Shown here in pieces: positions 1 to 7,484 of a DNA stretch of 34,127 bases (positions within the stretch are counted from its first letter, which is position 1; every line of letters starts with the position of its first letter). The stretch lies in sequence record SRR31156797_2062; one strand, written 5' to 3'. Both the position numbers and the translations under genes were made by a program. The notes below the pieces were generated by a model. That model was not told where the DNA came from, did no database searches, and saw only the letters and a program-made list of their open reading frames with translations.

Positions 1-307
1 TTCTTAGACAAAGCGCACTATTCCCGCTTAAAACGACCTCTTATTCCTCGATTCTCGCCCTTCGAGTGCGATTGCATGCACAAGCCAGAAAAGTAAACCG
101 ACGTTGATTTCGCCCTAAGTGTCAGAAAAAGAACAGAGTATTAGAAAATGATGATTTCATCTTAATTCCCTTGCAAGACTTTGAACAAACAAGCTACTTG
201 CGTATGATGTCACCTGAAGAGACGCACGAACATCACAGATCATTTTGATGCGACGACAGAAGAAAAGAGTTGATGAATTAAATGCAGTTTTTACCCAATT
301 CAAAAAG

Positions 308-369
308 TGCTTAAAAATGTCTCAATTAGTATATTATAAATTATATACAAAATGAGACATTTTTAAGCA
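308..369. repeat. AT-rich palindrome (17-bp perfect arms); candidate replication origin or terminator
   Basis: tgcttaaaaatgtctca (308-324) / tgagacatttttaagca (353-369), plus inner gtatat/atatac; ends about 20 bp past the primase-helicase stop. Confidence 0.75.
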
Positions 370-388
370 ATTTAACGTATACCAGCTC

Positions 389-3300
389 TTATACCATCTC
401 CACTTTCTTAATTTTTTCGTCGAATGAGACGAGACTCTTACAGATGTCGCCTTTAAAATCTTTTGAAACGAGATATTCCCTGATGCCTGTGTTCCTCGAA
501 GTTGTAGTAACCTTTACCACAACGATCTTGAATGAATTTCTCCACCCATTGTGCCTTGAATCGAAATTGACAACATCCTTACTTTTCGCTCCGATCGCTT
601 TCGCTATCGCACCAGCCTTATTCTGAATAAAACCTTCCGTCTCAACTACTTTGATAATTTTCGATTTAAGCTCGCTCGACTTCGAATAGCCACCCGCAAG
701 CTCATGCCACTTGACAGTCTTGTCGATCATTATGTCCGAAACTGCATTCGACAAGATGAAAATATTCTTTTTCTTGTCCCCGTGTACATACCGAATCCTT
801 GCATCAGCCTGATAATTCTCACTCATGTCAGAGTGTTCCGATAGAGCTGCCAAAGAAGCGTCGTTGTACCGTAAATTATTAACAGTCACGTTTTCCTGCT
901 TACCAGGTGTCTCAATCACTACTTTCCTGTATGCCATATCTTCAATTGCGACACCTTTCCTTTCGTCGATGCTAAAGTCGTCCATCGACTTGATATGATC
1001 AAAAAGCAGCATAGCTTTATTCTTCAAAACGCCTGAAGCCAATTGATACCGTCCAACCCTCACGATGTTATCGTAATCAGAGAACCTATCAATACCCCTT
1101 AGCTTCCCAAACCAGATGAAATCATCTTCATGAACCCCCATAGCAAGAAATTTATCCTTGTATTTCATATACGATACTACACATGTTCTACCTTTGAGCT
1201 GGCTGATAAAGTTCTCAATCTTTTTCCAAGTTTCCTTGATACTCTCCTTGTATTTCCCATTGTCCTCATCAAGAGAAATTTTTGAGAAAGATTTGTCAAC
1301 CACCTGAGTTACCGTAATATTTTTACTGTAATGAGTCCTGACTTTATCAACACTGACCTCGTTTCCAACAAAAGCCCTCATTACAGATTCATTTCCAGAA
1401 GCATCAAGAAAAAGTTTTGCTGTATCCTTCCATTTAAAATTAATTTTTGCTCGATTTCCTACAAATATTTTGTCACTTACTAAGCCTGTTTTGCTATCTT
1501 TCACAGTAGAAATGAATTTTTTAGAATATTTTTCATTCATTTTTATTGAAAAATTGATTAAGTCCTCAGTTTTGTCGATTTTTTGTGATAAGTTTAAGAA
1601 CTTTCCCTCTCCTGCTTCGCCAAGAGTTATCTGTTCATTTTCAAATAATAATTCTTTTTCACTTTTAAGTCTATTTACTTCTTCTTTAAGATTTTTTATG
1701 TAATTTTTATCTACATTAACTTTGTTACCTTTTTTAACATCGTCCCAGACATGAATCAAGTCTTTAGTAAGCTCATTTTTAGTATATGAAATTGTATTTT
1801 TATCTAAATCAATAGCATTAGACAAACAATCTTCATCAACAATAACATAGTCAGCCTTGAATCCATCATCGTATCTAGCCGTATGGAACAAGTGATTATG
1901 AGTGTATATCCTAATTCTGTTCATAAAAATCATATCGTATTGTGATATGTAAGAACATTTTTTATATAACGATCTCATAGCTATTTCATTAAACTTTGAA
2001 TCGTCATCTTTATAGATTTTTTCTGACCCATGATTGCATTTTGAACACAATTCATTTCCAAGTTTTTTGAATACTTTCTCTGAATATTTATCTTTTTTCA
2101 AACACAACCTATCCATACCCTTAATTATTGCAATTTTGTCACGAATATTATAGTTGTCTTTTTTGTCTGTGCCAAGAGCTTCGCAAAGTTTAGCCTCAAT
2201 CTCATCAGCAAGAGCGTAATCTTTTACAAAAATAGCAATATTTTTTCCTATATTTGTTATACCTCTATTGAATTCAGCTACTCTTTCAATCATTTTAGCC
2301 GTTTTACCAGCCCCAGCTTCGTAAAATATGACCTTGTCCGTCTTATTATCAAAGTAGTCATCAATCAATCCAGCAAGCCTTTCGCTTGCTTTCTGAACAC
2401 TGACCCTGTCTGTTTGATATGTACCATTGTTTTCTGTTTTCCTTATTACTGCATGCCTACCTGTTAAAGCACTCCGCTTCCATCCATAATGTGTCGCTTC
2501 TTTGTATAGGGTACCAATAGTGAATTTGTTTCCAGATGCTTTGGCCTGACTCCTAACATCACTTTGCAGCTTCCTCTTGTCAGAATGAGTCCAATGCGCC
2601 AATAAGAGATTTACAGCAGAAGAACCAAGTTCAGAACCTACAGACCTGTTTACCTCGAACCTTCCACACCGACCGTTCCCTTGTCTCGCTGAACTGTATT
2701 TTAAATCTCGCGGAATATAGCCCAGAGCCTCTCTGATTGTTTCAATATCTGCTTTCCCATAATGAGCAGAAGACACTTTGTCCTTTACAGCCTCTTCCTC
2801 CGCCTGTCGCTTTTCTTCCATCAACCGAAACGCTTTGTCATTCAAGGTGATCATTTCAGCTTCGGTGTTCAGATACGCATCCTCGTCATGAGACAAGTAA
2901 CAGCCAAGCGAGATGCTTGCAGTGCTATCATCTAGAGTGATGTCCAAGCCAGAGTTGAACACAGATTCTTTTGCAATGCTGTAAGCCTGTACATAAGCAT
3001 CACTAATAGCACTCATGTCCTCACACTGAAAATCAGAAATCAGAGCAAACTTAACCCCACCAGACGGAGACAAAAAAGCGTAATACAAGCAAGATAAAGA
3101 CTTTAGCTGTTCAATAATCTTTCTACTTTCTTTTTCACTGTATTCATCTATATCAAATTGAATCAAACCTGTAGCCTTGACCCATTTGTTGTTATCGAAT
3201 ACTCCGTATTTTTCAAATTCGATACCCGGATAGAACATTCCCAAGTTTTGCTTTTTAAGTGCAGTTCTCTTTTCCTTTACTTCATTCCGAATTTGTTCGA

Positions 3301-3415
3301 CTGCTATTTTATAAGCCCCAGATGAAACTTTTTTTATAATATTTTCGACAGAAGCCCTCTGAACTTCTCGATCAAAAGTGCTGCCCTTAATGCTTGTATA
3401 AATAGTACTAGACAT
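389..3415 (-). CDS. Primase-helicase fusion: VirE_N/BT4734-like AEP domain, PriCT-2-like domain, SF2-like helicase, possible C-terminal HTH
   Basis: TGLIQFDID and AFLSPSGGVK (BT4734-type motifs); IREALGYIP...FTIGTLYKEATHYGW (PriCT-2-like); EAGAGKT Walker A, YVIVDED Walker B, FLDAS, GKLRGID, QADARIR. ATG at 3415 preferred over TTG at 3439. Confidence 0.8.
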   Translation of the reverse strand: MSSTIYTSIKGSTFDREVQRASVENIIKKVSSGAYKIAVEQIRNEVKEKRTALKKQNLGMFYPGIEFEKYGVFDNNKWVKATGLIQFDIDEYSEKESRKIIEQLKSLSCLYYAFLSPSGGVKFALISDFQCEDMSAISDAYVQAYSIAKESVFNSGLDITLDDSTASISLGCYLSHDEDAYLNTEAEMITLNDKAFRLMEEKRQAEEEAVKDKVSSAHYGKADIETIREALGYIPRDLKYSSARQGNGRCGRFEVNRSVGSELGSSAVNLLLAHWTHSDKRKLQSDVRSQAKASGNKFTIGTLYKEATHYGWKRSALTGRHAVIRKTENNGTYQTDRVSVQKASERLAGLIDDYFDNKTDKVIFYEAGAGKTAKMIERVAEFNRGITNIGKNIAIFVKDYALADEIEAKLCEALGTDKKDNYNIRDKIAIIKGMDRLCLKKDKYSEKVFKKLGNELCSKCNHGSEKIYKDDDSKFNEIAMRSLYKKCSYISQYDMIFMNRIRIYTHNHLFHTARYDDGFKADYVIVDEDCLSNAIDLDKNTISYTKNELTKDLIHVWDDVKKGNKVNVDKNYIKNLKEEVNRLKSEKELLFENEQITLGEAGEGKFLNLSQKIDKTEDLINFSIKMNEKYSKKFISTVKDSKTGLVSDKIFVGNRAKINFKWKDTAKLFLDASGNESVMRAFVGNEVSVDKVRTHYSKNITVTQVVDKSFSKISLDEDNGKYKESIKETWKKIENFISQLKGRTCVVSYMKYKDKFLAMGVHEDDFIWFGKLRGIDRFSDYDNIVRVGRYQLASGVLKNKAMLLFDHIKSMDDFSIDERKGVAIEDMAYRKVVIETPGKQENVTVNNLRYNDASLAALSEHSDMSENYQADARIRYVHGDKKKNIFILSNAVSDIMIDKTVKWHELAGGYSKSSELKSKIIKVVETEGFIQNKAGAIAKAIGAKSKDVVNFDSRHNGWRNSFKIVVVKVTTTSRNTGIREYLVSKDFKGDICKSLVSFDEKIKKVEMV

Positions 3416-3426
3416 ATATTTTTTTC

Positions 3427-3461
3427 GACGAGTAAGCAATCACCCCGACCGCTTACTCGTC
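3427..3461. promoter_or_regulatory. 11-bp perfect hairpin just upstream of the primase start codon
   Basis: gacgagtaagc (3427-3437) / gcttactcgtc (3451-3461); followed by a T-rich run on the + strand. Confidence 0.6.
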
Positions 3462-3499
3462 TTTCCTTTTTTCTTGTTGTTATTAAATTTATCGAATAA

Positions 3500-3548
3500 C
3501 GCAAAAAAGAGCGATAAGTCAAAAACAGACTTATCGCTCTTTTTTGCG
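3500..3548. terminator. Bidirectional intrinsic terminator-like hairpin (21-bp perfect inverted repeat)
   Basis: cgcaaaaaagagcgataagtc / gacttatcgctcttttttgcg with a 7-nt loop; T6 follows the core stem on either strand. Confidence 0.75.
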
Positions 3549-3586
3549 CTGTACAAACGCCTACCTAAGCCCAAGTGCACAAAAAA

Positions 3587-3614
3587 ATTGTATCACTTCG
3601 AATTATATAATCAA
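3587..3614 (-). promoter_or_regulatory. Candidate primase promoter (TTGATT-16-TACAAT with extended -10 TG)
   Basis: Minus strand reads TTGATT atataattcgaagtga TACAAT; AT-rich context lowers specificity. Confidence 0.45.
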
Positions 3615-3631
3615 ATTTTAATTAGACCTTT

Positions 3632-5425
3632 CTAAAGCTTGACCTCATGATCTTTCACTAAATCGTAATGCTCATCCGATATATTCGGGTTGTTTCTGAA
3701 CATTTCAAGAGACTCCTCAGTAAGCCTATTATCTGCATTCGTCTCCATGCGATACACTAGCTTATTTTCCTTAGCATTATTACCTAAGACCAGAACACCA
3801 CCACCCTTGAAAAATATTTCTATTTCCCTGAACTGCGTCATTTTATTACCAGCAGAAAGTACCTCATCTCTATCAAGCTCTAACCACTCTTTGTAATGCT
3901 TTCCAGCAGCATAAACTTTTATGACATCTACCAACTTCCTGATCGCCAACTGCACTCTGCGCCTACAGTCCAGCCTGATTTCATCGTCATCAGAATTCAA
4001 GTCAGATATCACCTCCAACAAAGAATCCAGTGACCGCTGAGTATTTTCATGAACACTTATCAGCCGTAGAAGCTCATTTTCAAGCGCCTCCTTTTCCTTC
4101 TTTAGTTCCCGCTGTGCTTCATGCTCTGCATCAATACGCTTTGTGAACAGCTTTACCGTGTCTGCACTCCCTTCCAAAAGAGCATCTGTCAACCGCTGCA
4201 CAGCTTTTTCGGACACATGTGTCTTACTTTCTAGGGTACAGATAGAAGCTTCCAAGTTCTTAATCTTTTGTTGATTTTCATCGTACCCATGACTCACGAT
4301 GTCGCTCACATCAAGCCGCTTGCAGAGAAGCAAAAAAGCTTCCTCAAAATGATCATACCGAAGCGAAAACATGTTCGGTATTTCACAAGTTTTTCTCCTA
4401 GCATTCGAGCAAGAGAGATACCGAAGATTTTTCTTTCCTCTTGATGAATAATACATCGAAGCACCGCAGTACCCGCATTTCACGACTCTTGAGAAAAGAT
4501 TTTTCATCTCTCCTACTTTTCCATATCCACCGCTTTGTTCTTTCTTTAAAGCGATTAATCTTTGGACTGCATAAAAATCTTTTTCGGAGATAATAGGCGG
4601 GTAGTAATCAGGTATTACTTCATGGACTTCTTTTGTGATCTTTCCATCAGCTTTGTTCTTGATTTTATTACTGAATGCTATTTCACCCAAGACTGATCTT
4701 GAAGTCAGAACCAACTTGACACTAGCTGACCGCCACCCGTTTTTGCAATTCTGAAACGTCTTTCTCTTTTCTTTGTTGAGTACCCTGTAAATTGACATCG
4801 TGCCATGACCATCAAGATACATTTTGAATATTTTACGAACAGTATCAGCATGTTCCGGTACTTCTACAAAACGATTATTCCTTTTGTCCAGTTTAAGCCA
4901 AGCAACGCACCTCGCATTCATCTTGACGCCGTTTCGTGCACCTTCACGGGCCTTGTCCCATGCATATACGCGTCTATTCTGTTTTGTCAGAGACTCTTCA
5001 TGAGCACGAGCCATTACTAAAATTGAAATTATGAGCTGACTTGTATCTTTACTCAGAGACTTCTTGTCGTATATTTGCTTGTCCATCAAAGTAACAATTG
5101 TGATGCCAGCATTGACGATTCCAAGAAATTCTTGCAACGCAATCGATACAGATTCTCTTGATAAGCGATCTAAATTTTCAACTATAAGAGCTGACGGCGT
5201 TTGTACCTGCCCTTGTTTAACTGCCTCTAAGAAAGCGCCAAGACTGCCTTTCCATTTATGTTCACCACGAAAACCGCTGTACCCCAGATCGTACATGCAA
5301 AGCGACTCATCGAGAACCCAGCCTTTCTTTGATACGAATTCCCTAGTCTTTTCCATCTGTCTTTCATAAGATCTACCAGCAGCCTGCTTCTTCGAGCTAA
5401 ACCGTATGTAACTATAGCAATTCAT
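3632..5425 (-). CDS. Large serine recombinase (integrase)
   Basis: YSYIRFSS catalytic Ser motif, VENLDRLSR, recombinase domain, zinc ribbon CGYCG...C...C, coiled coil; 597 aa. Confidence 0.95.
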   Translation of the reverse strand: MNCYSYIRFSSKKQAAGRSYERQMEKTREFVSKKGWVLDESLCMYDLGYSGFRGEHKWKGSLGAFLEAVKQGQVQTPSALIVENLDRLSRESVSIALQEFLGIVNAGITIVTLMDKQIYDKKSLSKDTSQLIISILVMARAHEESLTKQNRRVYAWDKAREGARNGVKMNARCVAWLKLDKRNNRFVEVPEHADTVRKIFKMYLDGHGTMSIYRVLNKEKRKTFQNCKNGWRSASVKLVLTSRSVLGEIAFSNKIKNKADGKITKEVHEVIPDYYPPIISEKDFYAVQRLIALKKEQSGGYGKVGEMKNLFSRVVKCGYCGASMYYSSRGKKNLRYLSCSNARRKTCEIPNMFSLRYDHFEEAFLLLCKRLDVSDIVSHGYDENQQKIKNLEASICTLESKTHVSEKAVQRLTDALLEGSADTVKLFTKRIDAEHEAQRELKKEKEALENELLRLISVHENTQRSLDSLLEVISDLNSDDDEIRLDCRRRVQLAIRKLVDVIKVYAAGKHYKEWLELDRDEVLSAGNKMTQFREIEIFFKGGGVLVLGNNAKENKLVYRMETNADNRLTEESLEMFRNNPNISDEHYDLVKDHEVKL

Positions 5426-5465
5426 TATGATTTTTCTCTTCGCTTATATTAATGTCTCGTAGCTT

Positions 5466-5494
5466 ATTATACCTCCGTCCTAGATGTATGTCAA
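5466..5494 (-). promoter_or_regulatory. Perfect consensus sigma70 promoter of the recombinase
   Basis: Minus strand TTGACA (5494-5489) - 17 bp - TATAAT (5471-5466), 40 bp upstream of the ATG. Confidence 0.85.
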
Positions 5495-5530
5495 ATAGTG
5501 CATCTTGTCTATATCGGTTACCTGCTCCTG
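5475..5530. other. Putative hybrid att site (element/lysE junction, crossover near 5501-5503)
   Basis: LysE-like reading frame begins abruptly at H-L-V-Y-I-G, where G-x-x-Y-L-x-Y-I-G is expected; upstream sequence is the recombinase promoter, with an in-frame TAG at 5495-5497. Confidence 0.65.
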
Positions 5531-5878
5531 CGGGCACCCAAAAGACCTATAACACAAAATAAAGGGGGAGGGATCCTGCGCCAGCAATCACTTATCCGCC
5601 AATTTGCTCTTGGGTTTGCTTCAGCATGTCTCAACCCTAAAAATGCTATCTTTTATCTTTCCCTGTTCACCGTTATGGTATCGACAGAAACACCTCTTGC
5701 AATACGCACACTCTATGCCATCTGGATGACCAGTATCGTCTTTATCTGGGATATAGGGATAGCTGCAGTGATTGGAAACAAACGAGCCAAAAACTACCTG
5801 GAAAAATGGATATTCGGATTGGAAAAACTCTCAGGCCTGATGCTCTCCCTGTTTGGAATTTTGCTCTGCCTGGATTGA
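5501..5878 (+). pseudogene. 3' half of a LysE/RhtB-family exporter gene, interrupted by the element
   Basis: LVYIGYLLLR, GF...LNPKNAIFYLSLF and EKLSGLML are C-terminal LysE motifs; the N-terminal PGP-containing part (roughly 75 aa in typical members) is missing. Confidence 0.85.
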
Positions 5879-5992
5879 TAACTCCAGCTCAAGACAAAGC
5901 TTTTTGTGAAAAGGGCAAGCCGCCTCCCTTTATTTAAGGTAAAGGTTTTTCAACCTCTGTTTTTTCAATTTACTTTTCAAAGAGAGGAAAAG

Positions 5993-6361
5993 ATGAGTGA
6001 ACAAATAAAAAAAAAGGAATTCTATTTCCGCGAAGGCTGTTTTATCACCGAGCTATACAACACCGTACATGATCCAGCATGCTCGGTTGCACAAGCCAGA
6101 GTTCTTCCCGGCACAACCACCAGATGGCACAGTCTTGACGGAATCATTGAACGCTACCTTATCCTTGAGGGACAAGGGGAGGTGGAAATCGGCGACACAC
6201 CTCCACAAAGCGTGAAGACAGGGGATACAGTAATCATACCAGGTGGAACACGGCAGCGTATCCGTAATACTGGCAAGGTGAACCTGCTCTTCCTTGCCGT
6301 GTGTACGCCCAGGTTCACAGAAAATAAATACAAAGACCTTGAGCAACAGTGTATTGGATAG
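5993..6361 (+). CDS. Cupin domain protein
   Basis: PGTTTRWHSL...ERYLILEGQG...GDTVIIPGG motifs; GAGAGG RBS before ATG 5993. Confidence 0.9.
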   Translation: MSEQIKKKEFYFREGCFITELYNTVHDPACSVAQARVLPGTTTRWHSLDGIIERYLILEGQGEVEIGDTPPQSVKTGDTVIIPGGTRQRIRNTGKVNLLFLAVCTPRFTENKYKDLEQQCIG

Positions 6362-6391
6362 GGGTTACGGTTTTCGTGCTGAGCACCACCT

Positions 6392-6553
6392 TTATTTCCT
6401 GCGGAGCTGCAGCACCCCTACAACAATCAGAATAAGCGGCCACCATTCCCGTAAAATGGCTTTGACCTGGCCCATGGGCAGAAAATTGAGATTAGAGAGC
6501 AGAAAAAACGCTCCTACTACGATCAGAATAATCGGAAAGACCTGTGAACCCAT
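6392..6553 (-). CDS. Small membrane protein, DUF5668/LiaF-like (53 aa; absent from ORF track)
   Basis: Hand translation MGSQVFPIILIVVGAFFLLSNLNFLPMGQVKAILREWWPLILIVVGVLQLRRK; AAAGGGA RBS; WPLILIxxG motif. Confidence 0.8.
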   Translation of the reverse strand: MGSQVFPIILIVVGAFFLLSNLNFLPMGQVKAILREWWPLILIVVGVLQLRRK

Positions 6554-6628
6554 ATAGTCCCTTTATTATAAAAAAACGTGTGATTTTGTATCCGCTCTCA
6601 CGATGACTCCTCTCACCAAGGCTACCTG

Positions 6629-7225
6629 CTACTGCTGCTCTGCGTTATCCCTGTCAGTTGATCCAGGAAGCAACCGTATCCGCTTTGCTTCATACACAGA
6701 AAGAACAAAGAGGGTTGCCATGGGGGTGGTGAACAAAGAGCCCAGTCCAGTGGAACTCCCGAGCGAAGTAAGCACCAAGTAGACTGCGACAACTGCAAGA
6801 TGTTCCGTAATCGGCTTTTGCATGGCCATTCTGGAACTTTCCTGCAATGCCTCGAAAAGGCCAAACTGCTGATCTGTCATCAGCGGCAACATATACATGC
6901 AGAAAAAAGCAACAGCAAGAATAACGGCCAATCCGGGCAGAACCAGCATCGCCAACCCAAAAAAAACAGCAATCCCTATCAGAATCCCAAAGCCAACCAG
7001 CGGTAGAAAAAGACGCATTTCAGCAAACAGGTCTTTTATTTCCGGTTTTCTTCCCTCCCGTATTGCCAGCAGGAGCGACTGCATGTATCCCGCGGTCAGG
7101 ACCGGAGCCAGAATGCCAAGGGTCAGCATGGAGGCACCGAGTAGAATAACGGTGGAAATGAGCAGAGAAGGGAGAAAGGACGTAAACACCTGCCACGATT
7201 TCTCAAAATGTTGTTTAAAATCCAT
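6629..7225 (-). CDS. Hypothetical multi-pass membrane protein
   Basis: Several hydrophobic segments; AAAGAGGA RBS before ATG 7225. Confidence 0.8.
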   Translation of the reverse strand: MDFKQHFEKSWQVFTSFLPSLLISTVILLGASMLTLGILAPVLTAGYMQSLLLAIREGRKPEIKDLFAEMRLFLPLVGFGILIGIAVFFGLAMLVLPGLAVILAVAFFCMYMLPLMTDQQFGLFEALQESSRMAMQKPITEHLAVVAVYLVLTSLGSSTGLGSLFTTPMATLFVLSVYEAKRIRLLPGSTDRDNAEQQ

Positions 7226-7484
7226 ATAATCCTCTTTTTCCATTTATAAAATTCAGAATCACCATAAACAACAGGGGGATATGAAGCAAGCACAATGGCT
7301 TGTCAGGAGCTGTCTGCAAATAAGTTGGAAAATATCGCGCTCATAATTAGGTTAGATTTGGGTGATCTAATTGAACAAAGCCGCAGGGGTAGTTGTGCTG
7401 CGTTGAGGACTTTGTGATTGAAGATCTGCCAAAGATGACCTGAATATGCAATGCGAGATATTCAAGTTATTTCCGGACACCTCC

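Larger units (their letters stand above)
1..5502. mobile_element. Right portion of an integrated serine-recombinase element (satellite/IME/plasmid-like); left end lies outside the window
   Basis: Large serine recombinase at the edge, primase-helicase inside, more AT-rich than the host genes, abrupt junction with a 5'-truncated LysE-family gene at ~5501. Confidence 0.85.

Noticed and set aside
5498-5878. Complete 126-aa gene as given in the ORF track
   Set aside because: Matches only the C-terminal part of LysE; the GTG has no SD and lies at the element junction
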